From contig JBHEMM010000002.1 in the NCBI GenBank assembly GCA_046262595.1, positions 28,404 to 92,403 on the forward strand: a stretch of DNA of 64,000 nucleotides, written 5' to 3'. A program made the translations under genes and the position numbers. The DNA is from Vulcanimicrobiaceae bacterium (GTDB lineage Bacteria; Vulcanimicrobiota; Vulcanimicrobiia; Vulcanimicrobiales; Vulcanimicrobiaceae). Of this stretch, positions 30,086-38,888 are shown in pieces. Within the stretch, counting starts at the first letter, position 1, and every line of letters begins with the position of its first letter. Below the pieces are notes generated by a model. That model did not search any database. It worked only from the letters and a program-made list of their open reading frames with translations, and had not been told where the DNA came from.

Positions 30086-30980
30086 ACGCGCGGTCTCCGC
30101 GCGGGCCGCGTGGCTGTTAAACATGCTCGGCGATTACTACGAGCTCGGCAAACCGCGCATCATGTATCTGCTGCTCGTGACGACCGCAGCGGCGATGATT
30201 ATGGCGCAGCGCGGCATTCCGCCTTTACCGCTGTTCGGTTGGACAATGCTTGCAGGGGCGCTGGCCGCCATGTCGGCGGGCGCGCTGAACTGCGTTTACG
30301 ACCTCGATATCGATCGCATCATGAAGCGCACGCGTTCGCGGCCGTTGCCCGGCGGCAGACTGACGATCTTTCAAGCGACGGCGCATGCATGCATGATGGG
30401 CGTGCTCTCGTTTGCGATCTTTTATCTGCGCGTCGATCACTTAGCCGCGTGGCTGTCGCTCGCCGGCAATGTGTTCTACGTGGTCATGTACACGATGGTG
30501 CTCAAAAGGCGCACTGCGCAGAACATCGTCATCGGCGGCGCAGCGGGCGCCGTTCCTCCGCTGGTCGGCTGGGCCGCGATAACGCACGCCATCGGCGGAC
30601 CGGCAATCGGATTGTTCGCAATCGTGTTTCTGTGGACGCCGCCTCATTTCTGGGCGCTTGCGCTCATGACGGAACTGGACTATCACAAAGCCGGCATACC
30701 GATGCTTCCGAATGTTCTCGGCGAGAAACGCACGAAGAATGAGATTGCCGTCTACTCGGTGCTGCTCGTTACGGCGACGCTGGCGCTCTACTGGCCGCTT
30801 CATGTCATGGGCCCGATCTTCGCGGCGGCAGCTGCCGTGCTCGGCGCCGGCTTCTTGCGCGACGCGTTTCATCTGCGCTCGGTGGGCGGTGCGGCTGCTT
30901 CGCGCAAACTGTTTACGTTTTCGCTCGTTTATCTCGCGGCCATCTGCGTGTTCATGGTGATCGACCGGATCGTTTTTTGA
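30063..30980 (+). CDS. ctaB: Heme O synthase (protoheme IX farnesyltransferase)
   Basis: KPRI, DIDRIMKRTRSRPLP, NIVIGGAAGAVPPLVGW, WTPPHFWALA. Start uncertain. Confidence 0.93.
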   Translation: MNTFAPAERAVSARAAWLLNMLGDYYELGKPRIMYLLLVTTAAAMIMAQRGIPPLPLFGWTMLAGALAAMSAGALNCVYDLDIDRIMKRTRSRPLPGGRLTIFQATAHACMMGVLSFAIFYLRVDHLAAWLSLAGNVFYVVMYTMVLKRRTAQNIVIGGAAGAVPPLVGWAAITHAIGGPAIGLFAIVFLWTPPHFWALALMTELDYHKAGIPMLPNVLGEKRTKNEIAVYSVLLVTATLALYWPLHVMGPIFAAAAAVLGAGFLRDAFHLRSVGGAAASRKLFTFSLVYLAAICVFMVIDRIVF

Positions 30981-32302
30981 AACATCGCCGGCTGCTGCTG
31001 ACCCTCGGCCTAGGCGTTTTCCTGGGCGCACTCGATCTGAGCGTTCTCTCGCCCGCGCTGCCCGCGATCGGAAGCCAGTTCGGCGTCGCAATTGCCGATC
31101 TGTCGTGGGTATTTACCCTGTATCTGCTCGTCAACATTGCGGGCATCGCGATCATGAGCGTGCTCGCGGACCGGCTAGGACGCCGGCCGATCTACATCGC
31201 ATGCGTCGCGATCTTTACGGCCGGTACGGCGCTCGCGTTCGTTGCGCAACATTATCCCACGTTCCTGATCGCCCGCGCGATTCAAGCCTTTGGTGCGGGC
31301 GGCATTTTTCCGGTCGCGGCCGCCGCGATCGGCGATCGCGTACCGCCCGAGAAGCGCGGCGCCGCGCTGGGACTCGTTGCGGCGACATGGGGCTTCGCTG
31401 CGGTAGTCGGCCCGATGTACGGAGGCGTGGTCGCCCATTTTATTTCGTGGCGCTGGGTATTCTTACCGAACTTTCCGATTGCCGCTGCAGTGGTGCTGCT
31501 TGCAGCGCGGCACGTGCCGGCCGACGCACCGCGCACGCGCGATCCGCTGGACGTGCCGGGATTGTTTTTACTCGTGGCCGGCTTGCTCTTCATGATCTAC
31601 GGCATCACGGGAATGCACGCGGTGACCATCGCCTTCGCACTGGCGCTGTTGACGGGCTTCTGGCTCTGGGAACGCTCCAGCGAGTATCCCGCATTTCCAC
31701 CGGCGCTTTTTGCAAACGGACAACTTGCGAAGACGTTTATTTTGGAGATCGCCATCGGCATGGTCGAGGGCGCGCTGTTTTTTATTCCAGCGGTGCTGGT
31801 CGGCGCGCAGCGTTTGTCATATGCCGTCGCGGGGCTGATCGCCGCCATCGGCGCGCTGATGTTCGTGCTCATTATTCCTGTTTCGGGCAGATTGCTCGAT
31901 CGTATCGGCAGCCGTAACGTGCTCGTGATCGGCACCTTGTTCACCGAGCTCGGCCTCGTCATCTTCGCGCTCGGATTCGGCTCGCTCTGGCTCTGTGTTT
32001 TGGCGATGATCGTCGCGGGCGCGGGCTTCGGCGCATTGCTCGGAGCGCCCACCCGTTACATCGTTACCAACGAAACGGCACCCGCCACGCGCGCGACGGC
32101 AGTCGGCCTGCTCAGTCAATTCCTGATCGTCGGGCAAATTTTGGGCGGCGCCATGGCGGGCGGCATCATGGGTAATGCGCTCTCCGACACGGCGGCATAC
32201 CGCACGGCCTATCTCGCGTTCGCGGCTGTTGCGCTTTTCGCTTTGCTGATCGCCTCGACGCTGCGCTCCCGCCGGATGGAACTGCAGCGCGCGCAGCGAT
32301 GA
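30977..32302 (+). CDS. MFS transporter (DHA2-like)
   Basis: ALDLSVLSPALPAI, LADRLGRR, ARAIQAFGAG; about 14 TM segments. Confidence 0.88.
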   Translation: MKHRRLLLTLGLGVFLGALDLSVLSPALPAIGSQFGVAIADLSWVFTLYLLVNIAGIAIMSVLADRLGRRPIYIACVAIFTAGTALAFVAQHYPTFLIARAIQAFGAGGIFPVAAAAIGDRVPPEKRGAALGLVAATWGFAAVVGPMYGGVVAHFISWRWVFLPNFPIAAAVVLLAARHVPADAPRTRDPLDVPGLFLLVAGLLFMIYGITGMHAVTIAFALALLTGFWLWERSSEYPAFPPALFANGQLAKTFILEIAIGMVEGALFFIPAVLVGAQRLSYAVAGLIAAIGALMFVLIIPVSGRLLDRIGSRNVLVIGTLFTELGLVIFALGFGSLWLCVLAMIVAGAGFGALLGAPTRYIVTNETAPATRATAVGLLSQFLIVGQILGGAMAGGIMGNALSDTAAYRTAYLAFAAVALFALLIASTLRSRRMELQRAQR

Positions 32303-32429
32303 CCCCCGCGACGGCGCTAGGGAAGCGCTTGACTCTGCCCGCGCCGTTGGGGACGCTCGCTCCTTCGGTGGACCATAAAAAAGTCGCCGATCGGGCTCAT
32401 CCCGCCGAAACTGTGGAATACGAGAGGGT

Positions 32430-33008
32430 ATGAAGCTTCGCACGATCGTGCAAAGCCGGCATCTTGCCCGCCGTCCATGGACCGAGCGCGAGCGCTTCAT
32501 CGTATGGCGCGGCGTCACAGGACGCATATCGATCGCGATCGAGCCGCTCATCGGCGGCCTTTTCTTTGCCGCGCTGAGCTACGGTATCGTGTGGCGCGCG
32601 CGCGTCACGCCGCCGCACGACCTGTGGATCCTTTGGCCGGTGTTCGGTGTCGTCTCGCTCGCTTTCTTTGCGTATTTTGTTGCGGTGCTCGCGGCGCCGC
32701 TCGTGGCATACGCGCAGACCTACAAACCGATCTACCAGCTGGACGGCTACGTGCGCTACCGCGGTCCCGACGAATTTTCGGATGTGGGCAGCAGCGGTTA
32801 CGTCGCTGTGCTCTTCGACGATGAACGCATGTGCGGCGAATGGGAATGCTTCGGCACCAAAAGGCTTCCGGCGCGGACGATCCCCGCGCACGTCGAGTTT
32901 TCGGAATACGGCGGCGTCCACAAAATAGACGGCAAATCGACCGGCGTCTTGCCGGACGAGCCCTTACCGCTGCTGGCGATCGGAATGACGCAAAACTTCC
33001 CGAAGTAG
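32430..33008 (+). CDS. Hypothetical membrane protein
   Basis: GAGAGGG RBS; two TM segments followed by a soluble domain. Confidence 0.65.
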   Translation: MKLRTIVQSRHLARRPWTERERFIVWRGVTGRISIAIEPLIGGLFFAALSYGIVWRARVTPPHDLWILWPVFGVVSLAFFAYFVAVLAAPLVAYAQTYKPIYQLDGYVRYRGPDEFSDVGSSGYVAVLFDDERMCGEWECFGTKRLPARTIPAHVEFSEYGGVHKIDGKSTGVLPDEPLPLLAIGMTQNFPK

Positions 33009-33050
33009 CAACGCCCGACAACAGGCGGCCGCGAGAATGCGCCGCAGCGG

Positions 33051-33251
33051 TTAAGGCCGGTAGCTGCCGTTAACCGGGATGCGAAGCGTTTTCGTGGAGG
33101 GCCACGCGTGGCCGTACCCGGCGAGCGCGATCGTATCGGCGCCGATGGCAAAGATCACCAGAACACCGACCAGCACCGCAATTAAAACTGCTCGAGGAAC
33201 GCCGCGGGTCGTGGGAACGCCGCGCTCGTCGACCGGATCGTACACCGTCAC
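33051..33251 (-). CDS. Small single-TM protein at end of cox operon
   Basis: GTGA overlap with the upstream ORF; one hydrophobic helix. Confidence 0.6.
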   Translation of the reverse strand: MTVYDPVDERGVPTTRGVPRAVLIAVLVGVLVIFAIGADTIALAGYGHAWPSTKTLRIPVNGSYRP

Positions 33252-33475
33252 ACCTCCACGCCGCGGCCGGCCAGCACGTTGAGTGCGGCCAGTATCGCGA
33301 GAAACGCGCCGAGCGCGAGCAATCCCAGCATCATTTTGAAAACCTGGTTTTCGATGCCCTTGCTGTTCCAGTCGTTCTTGAGCGCGATCGCGGCGACGCC
33401 GAACACGACCAAGCCGAAGGCGACGGCAAAGATTCGTTCGATGTGCGCCAGCGCGTGTTGCGTTGCTTCATTCAT
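33248..33475 (-). CDS. Small two-TM protein, possible oxidase subunit IV
   Basis: Starts 9 bp after ctaE with AGGAG RBS; two hydrophobic helices. Confidence 0.6.
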   Translation of the reverse strand: MNEATQHALAHIERIFAVAFGLVVFGVAAIALKNDWNSKGIENQVFKMMLGLLALGAFLAILAALNVLAGRGVEV

Positions 33476-33484
33476 GAGCGGCTC

Positions 33485-34102
33485 CTACAGCAAATAGAAG
33501 ATCGAGAACAGCACGACCCAGATCACGTCGACGAAATGCCAGTAAAGCGTTCCGAGGGTTAGGCCGGTGTATTTCTTGTAGGTGTACGTTCCGTGCGTGG
33601 CCTGCAGCAGCAGGACGGTCAAATAAATGACGCCGCAAAAAACGTGGAATCCGTGCATGCCGGTGAGCGTGTAGAAACCGGCGCCGAAGATTCCGGAGTC
33701 GCCCCATCCGACGGCAAGCTTTCCGTATTCGATGATCTGGCCGGAAAGGAACAGCACGCCGAGCACGATCGTCGCGAGCATCCAGTTCGCAAACTTGATA
33801 AACTTCTCGTGCTTCCAGTTCTCGAGCGCGAAGTGCATCGTCGCGCCCGAACCGAACAGGATGACGGAGTTGAGCGAAGCCAGCGCAAGGTCGAGTTTCG
33901 GTGCACCGGGCGGCGGCCATCCCTGCCCGCTGCTCCGCAGATACAGATACGCGAAGATGAACGAACTGAACAGTACGAGGTCGCTGACCATGAACAGCAG
34001 GAAGCCTTGAACGCGCAGCTCGCGCGTCTCGACGTAGAGCTGATCGGCCTGCGCGTCGTCGCGCGCGTGCAGGCCGCCGTGCGGCAATGCGGCGAGCGCC
34101 AC
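33485..34102 (-). CDS. ctaE: Cytochrome c oxidase subunit III
   Basis: FYTLTGMHGFHV, YWHFVDVIW. Confidence 0.93.
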   Translation of the reverse strand: MALAALPHGGLHARDDAQADQLYVETRELRVQGFLLFMVSDLVLFSSFIFAYLYLRSSGQGWPPPGAPKLDLALASLNSVILFGSGATMHFALENWKHEKFIKFANWMLATIVLGVLFLSGQIIEYGKLAVGWGDSGIFGAGFYTLTGMHGFHVFCGVIYLTVLLLQATHGTYTYKKYTGLTLGTLYWHFVDVIWVVLFSIFYLL

Positions 34103-35790
34103 TAACGGATACCCGCCGGTTCGCGCGCGTCGTCCTCGTCCGAGGTTCCGGCCAGCTCGTCTTCGAGCCCGCGGTACGGCAACGGTTCGGCGAAGTCGTA
34201 CGGCGTCGAAAAGACAGACGGAACATGTTTGAAGTTATAGTACGGCGGAGGCGAGGCGATCTGCCACTCCAGCGTGCGGGCGTTCCACGGGTTGTGGCCG
34301 GAACGCTTACCGTTCTTGATGCTCCAAATCACGTTCACGATAATGAGCAGGATTGCGGCCGTCATCACGAACGAAGCGATCGATTCGAATTGATTGAGCG
34401 ATTGAAACTGCGGATCGTAGGTCGCTGTGCGGCGCGGTTGACCCCACAGCCCGTTCCAGTGCATCGGCAAGAACGTGCCGTTCATACCGACGAAGAACAG
34501 CCAGAATGCCCATTTGCCCAGCGTCTCGTTCATGAAGCGCCCGGTCATCTTCGGAAACCAATAGAACAGGCCGGAGAAGATGCCCATGAGCGATCCGCCG
34601 ACCAGCACGTAGTGGAAATGGGCGACGATGAAGTACGTGCCGTGCGCATGCAGGTCGAACGGAACCGCAGCCAGCCAAACGCCCGTGATGCCGCCGAGCG
34701 TGAAGAGCGCAATAAAGCCGACTGAGAACAGCATGGCCGTTGTGAACTTGAGCACTCCGCCGAAAAGCGTCGTCGTCCATGAAAAGATCTTGATGCCCGT
34801 CGGGATGGCGATGAGCATGGTCAGCACCATGAAGGGCAGCTGCAGCGCGGGCGCCATGCCCGAGGTGAACATGTGATGCGCCCAGACCATGAAGCCCAAG
34901 ATCGCGATCGCGCACGATGAGAACGCGATCATCTTGTAGCCGAAGATGGGCTTGCGCGCAAACGTCGGGATTACTTCCGAGAGAATGCCGAATGCGGGCA
35001 GAATCATGATGTACACGGCCGGATGCGAGTAGAACCAGAACATGTGCTGCCAAAGGATGGCGCTGCCGCCCTTGGTCGGATCGAAAAACGCCACGCCGAA
35101 CTGGCGCTGAACGAAGAGCGCCGCCAGCGCCGCACCAAGCGCCGTCGTGGCAATCATCAGCAGCGGAGCCGTGGCGAACTGGCCCCACACGAACAGCGGC
35201 ATGCGCGTGAACGTCATGCCGGGAGCGCGCATCTTCAGGATTGTCACCAAGAAATTAATCCCGGTGAGTGTCGAGCTCACCCCGACCAAAAAGATCGCCG
35301 CGCACCACATCGACGTGCCCGCTTGCCCTTGCAACGACATCGGCGGATATTCCGTCCAGCCCGCCGACGGCGCGCCCATCAAAAACGACGCGTAGACCAT
35401 CAAGCCTGCAACCGGAAATATCCAGAAGCTGATCATGTTGAGCCACGGGAACGCCACGTCGCGTGCGCCGATCTGCAGCGGAAACACGAAGTTGCCGAAC
35501 CCGCCGGTGAGCATCGGAATGATGACCAGCCAGACCATCGTCGAGCCGTGAATCGAATACACTTCGTTGTAGGTGTCGGGCGTCATGAAGCCGCCGTTCG
35601 CCTTCATCAATTGCACGCGAATCAGCTCGGCCAGCATGCCGCCGAGAATCAGGAAGATTCCGGCCGTGATCATATACTGGATGCCGATGATCTTGTGATC
35701 GATCGAAAAAACGTATTTACGGATGAACCCTTGCGGTTCGGGATGGATGTGGTCGGCGATGCCGCCGGCGTGTACTGTTGCTACGGCCAT
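34102..35790 (-). CDS. ctaD: Cytochrome c oxidase subunit I (A2-type)
   Basis: DHKIIG, WFYSHPAVYI (YS motif), VWAHHMF, AHFHY, PRR. Confidence 0.96.
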   Translation of the reverse strand: MAVATVHAGGIADHIHPEPQGFIRKYVFSIDHKIIGIQYMITAGIFLILGGMLAELIRVQLMKANGGFMTPDTYNEVYSIHGSTMVWLVIIPMLTGGFGNFVFPLQIGARDVAFPWLNMISFWIFPVAGLMVYASFLMGAPSAGWTEYPPMSLQGQAGTSMWCAAIFLVGVSSTLTGINFLVTILKMRAPGMTFTRMPLFVWGQFATAPLLMIATTALGAALAALFVQRQFGVAFFDPTKGGSAILWQHMFWFYSHPAVYIMILPAFGILSEVIPTFARKPIFGYKMIAFSSCAIAILGFMVWAHHMFTSGMAPALQLPFMVLTMLIAIPTGIKIFSWTTTLFGGVLKFTTAMLFSVGFIALFTLGGITGVWLAAVPFDLHAHGTYFIVAHFHYVLVGGSLMGIFSGLFYWFPKMTGRFMNETLGKWAFWLFFVGMNGTFLPMHWNGLWGQPRRTATYDPQFQSLNQFESIASFVMTAAILLIIVNVIWSIKNGKRSGHNPWNARTLEWQIASPPPYYNFKHVPSVFSTPYDFAEPLPYRGLEDELAGTSDEDDAREPAGIR

Positions 35791-35804
35791 TTGTACGATC
35801 TGCC

Positions 35805-36920
35805 TTATTTCAACGAATCGAGGAAGCTGACGAGATTTGCGATGTCTTTATCGGAGAGCTGGTTGGCGGTCTGATTCGGCATGGTGCCCATCGGTCCGTT
35901 GTAACCGTTCTGCAAAATCTTGGCGACGTTTTCCGGTGTCGCTTTGTTGCCGTTCACCAAATTCGGGTGAGCCGGGTCGTGCAGCACGCCCTTCAGGCCC
36001 GGGCCTACGACCTTTTGTGCGAACGGCGCGATCGCGTGACACGCCGAGCAACGCTGCGAGAACACCGCTTTACCGGCCGCTGCGTCGCCGCCCGTGAGCT
36101 TTACCGCGCCGCTCGAAGCCACGGCGACGGCGTCGCTTTCGTGGGCGTTCGCGCGCTGCTGCGCGTCGTACCATGCTTTATATTTGTCCGGCGGATCGAT
36201 GTAGACGAACGCCGGATCATTTTTGGTGCCGCTGCGCATCTCGCCGTGAAAGGTGCCGCAAAACTCCGTGCAGATCAAGTTGTAGCGCCCCGCACGCGTC
36301 GGCGTAAACACGAGCGTATTGACTACGCCTGGAACCATGTCGGCCTTCAGGCGCATGTCGGGAATCCAGAACGAATGGATGACGTCGTAGGACGACACGT
36401 GCAGCGTAACCGGCTGGCTCAGCGGCAGATGCATCTCGCGAACTTCGCCGTGGATGCCGGGATAGCGGAACGTGTAGTACCACTGGTGGCCCAACCCTTC
36501 GACGACCAGCGTATTGCCCTGCGCGTTGACCGGCTCGATCTCCAGGAAGAGCTTCACGCTGACGAAGCCTAAGACCACGATGAAGATCGACGGGATGATG
36601 GTCCACCACAGTTCCAACCGGTGATTGTCGTGGATCTGCAGCCCGATTGCGTCGTCGCCTTGATCGGCCCGCCGGCGGTAACGGATCGAGAAGTAGAGCA
36701 AATAACCGATGACGGCAAAACCGAGCGCGAATCCGGTGCCGGCAAGGAAGCGGAAAAGCAGGTCGATTTGCTGCGCCCGGTCGACCGCTTCGGGCATGAT
36801 GCTGGTAATGGGCGCGTATGCCCAGTACAGAACCGAAGCGATCGCCAGCAGCACGATGACGCCGGTTATCGTCCAGAACCCGCGATCCAAGTGCACGGCT
36901 GGGTCTCTATGTTCTTGCAA
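35805..36920 (-). CDS. ctaC: Cytochrome c oxidase subunit II with fused cytochrome c (caa3 type)
   Basis: DVIHSFW, CTEFCGTFHGEM (CuA site), C-terminal CSACH..MP. TTG 36920 follows GGAGAG. Confidence 0.93.
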   Translation of the reverse strand: MQEHRDPAVHLDRGFWTITGVIVLLAIASVLYWAYAPITSIMPEAVDRAQQIDLLFRFLAGTGFALGFAVIGYLLYFSIRYRRRADQGDDAIGLQIHDNHRLELWWTIIPSIFIVVLGFVSVKLFLEIEPVNAQGNTLVVEGLGHQWYYTFRYPGIHGEVREMHLPLSQPVTLHVSSYDVIHSFWIPDMRLKADMVPGVVNTLVFTPTRAGRYNLICTEFCGTFHGEMRSGTKNDPAFVYIDPPDKYKAWYDAQQRANAHESDAVAVASSGAVKLTGGDAAAGKAVFSQRCSACHAIAPFAQKVVGPGLKGVLHDPAHPNLVNGNKATPENVAKILQNGYNGPMGTMPNQTANQLSDKDIANLVSFLDSLK

Positions 36921-36988
36921 AACGGCTCTCCAAGACAGTCGGCATCGGCCGGAATCCGTGGCTCTATTAGATGATAGGTAAAACCGTC

Positions 36989-37675
36989 CTACAGCCGCGA
37001 CGACTTTGGTTTTAAGCCCGCAGCGAACCGGGCCGTCATCCACGAAACGTTGGTTATCGCAGTTCCCACAACCACGGCGTCGGCGCCGGCGCCTATCGCC
37101 GCGCAGACCGATTCGGGCGAATGCACGCCGCCCTCGCAGATGCGCATCACGCTCAAGCCGCTCCAGGCGTCGAGCAGTGCCAGTGCAGGCAATTGCTCGC
37201 CGCGCGTTTGCGCCGTATACCCGCAGAGCGTCGTTGCAACGATGTCTGCGCCCGCTTCGGCTGCCGGCGGCCCGTCGCCCGGCTGCGCGCAATCCGCCAT
37301 GGCGAGCGCGCCGCCCTCATGGATCGCCGCAATCAAGGAGGCCGGCGCCGCACCGGCGGGATGCGCTGCGGCCGTGGCATCAAAAGCCACGATGCACGCG
37401 CCCGCGGCGAGGACTTCGTCGACTTCCCGGCGCGAGGGCGTGATATACGGTTCGAACCCTTCGTAACTGCGCTTAATCAGGCCGATGACCGGTACGCTGA
37501 CACGCGCGCACACCGCCCGCAAATTTGCGGCGCCTTGAATACGGACGCCGCACGCGCCGCCCTCGACTGCCGCGGCGGCCATTGCCGCGAGCACGCGCGG
37601 ATCGTCCAGCGCGCTGCCCGGCGCCGCTTGCACCGAAACGATGAGGCCTCCCCGCAGTGCGTCGAGCACGGTCAC
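36989..37675 (-). CDS. nanE: N-acetylmannosamine-6-phosphate 2-epimerase
   Basis: GLIVSVQA, PVIGLIKR, YITP, TTLCGYT, EGG, VVVGTAIT. Confidence 0.88.
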   Translation of the reverse strand: MTVLDALRGGLIVSVQAAPGSALDDPRVLAAMAAAAVEGGACGVRIQGAANLRAVCARVSVPVIGLIKRSYEGFEPYITPSRREVDEVLAAGACIVAFDATAAAHPAGAAPASLIAAIHEGGALAMADCAQPGDGPPAAEAGADIVATTLCGYTAQTRGEQLPALALLDAWSGLSVMRICEGGVHSPESVCAAIGAGADAVVVGTAITNVSWMTARFAAGLKPKSSRL

Positions 37676-38592
37676 TTCAACACCTCGATGGAAAGGCCGG
37701 CCCGGGCGTACGCCAGCAGGAGCGCGCCTTCCGGCGCGCCGTAGCGCGGCGTCACCAGTTGCGCGGCGGGCAGCAGCGCGCGCATGTGCTGCGCGATTTC
37801 ATCGCGGATCGTGGCGCTGTTCATCAACCCTCCGGTGAAGGCGGCGCAGCCGTTCTGCAGGCCCGTGCGTTCCATCGCGCGCATCGCGAGCATGACCAGC
37901 GCACGGGCGGCGTCCCGAACGGTTTGCGCCGCGAATGCGTCGCCGCCTTCAGCCGCGCGTACGATCGCCGTCGCAAACGAGGCGATACCGGCGCGCGAAA
38001 TGCCGCCGGTGTAAAAAGAACGCACCAGCGCGCGCAGGGTAGGCGCGCCGAACGTTTGCAGCGCGAGTTGCGCCATCTCGCCCGGCTCGCCCGCATCGGC
38101 GTCTCCGAACGCAGCCTGCAGCGCGCAACGCGCGATCCAAAACGCGCTGCCTTCATCGCCGAAGACGTAGCCCCATCCGCCGGCGAGCGCCTCGCTGCCG
38201 GCTTCGTTTTTCGCGTAGGCGACCGAACCCGTTCCCGCAATCACCACGACGCCGGCCGTGTTTCCCAGCGCTCCCGCATGCGCTACGGGCGCATCGTGCA
38301 ACAGCGTAAGCTGCCCGGCGCCGAGCTGCGGCGGCTTGCCGTAAACGGTGCCATCGTAACCGCTGATTCCCGCGACGACGTTTGAAAGTGCGGTGCCGCG
38401 CGGCAACTTCGCGTCATCGAGGGCACCACCAACCGCTGCGCAAAGCGCGTCGTGCAGGCGGGTCGACCGCGGACCTTGATTCACTTCATCGGCCGGCCCG
38501 GCGGTGCCGCGTCCGCAGATGCGTCCGAGCTCGTCGCCGATCACCGCCGTGGTCGAGCTTTGTCCGCCGTCGATCCCGGCGAAGTATCTCAT
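37672..38592 (-). CDS. BadF/BadG-type N-acetylhexosamine kinase
   Basis: GIDGGQSST, IAGTGS, GGWGYVFGDEGSAFWI. ATGA start at 38592. Confidence 0.85.
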   Translation of the reverse strand: MRYFAGIDGGQSSTTAVIGDELGRICGRGTAGPADEVNQGPRSTRLHDALCAAVGGALDDAKLPRGTALSNVVAGISGYDGTVYGKPPQLGAGQLTLLHDAPVAHAGALGNTAGVVVIAGTGSVAYAKNEAGSEALAGGWGYVFGDEGSAFWIARCALQAAFGDADAGEPGEMAQLALQTFGAPTLRALVRSFYTGGISRAGIASFATAIVRAAEGGDAFAAQTVRDAARALVMLAMRAMERTGLQNGCAAFTGGLMNSATIRDEIAQHMRALLPAAQLVTPRYGAPEGALLLAYARAGLSIEVLK

Positions 38593-38888
38593 TCGAGCAG
38601 CGTGCGCGCGAAGTCGTTGGCGGCCGTCTCGCGCGCGGCGCGATTGAGCAGCCGCGGAATCTCCCCGCAGTGCTCGCGGTGATGGTACAACTCGTGTCCG
38701 ATCGAGAAGGCAATGAAGTCGCCGATCTCGCCCACGGGAAGGTGCTCGATGACGCGCACATTGATCCGGATCACGGGGCCGTGCGGATCGTACTCCGAAC
38801 GCAGTTCGTCCACGCCCCATGCGCCGAGGTCGGCATATTCGATCTGAACGCCGTACCGCTCAGCGAGCGCAAACACCGCGCTCTTCAC
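38589..38888 (-). CDS. Small ImmA/IrrE-like HExxH metalloprotein (99 aa)
   Basis: FSIGHELYH and downstream ETAANDFA. Confidence 0.65.
   Translation of the reverse strand: MKSAVFALAERYGVQIEYADLGAWGVDELRSEYDPHGPVIRINVRVIEHLPVGEIGDFIAFSIGHELYHHREHCGEIPRLLNRAARETAANDFARTLLE

Noticed and set aside
32353..32372. Minus-strand CACCGAAGGAGC resembling part of a glycine riboswitch
   Set aside because: No GGAGA or CTCTCAGG partner elements, and it would point antisense into the MFS gene.
38589..38888. HExxH protein as a sign of a prophage, ICE or toxin-antitoxin module
   Set aside because: No integrase, XRE repressor or phage genes nearby; it is embedded in a metabolic operon.
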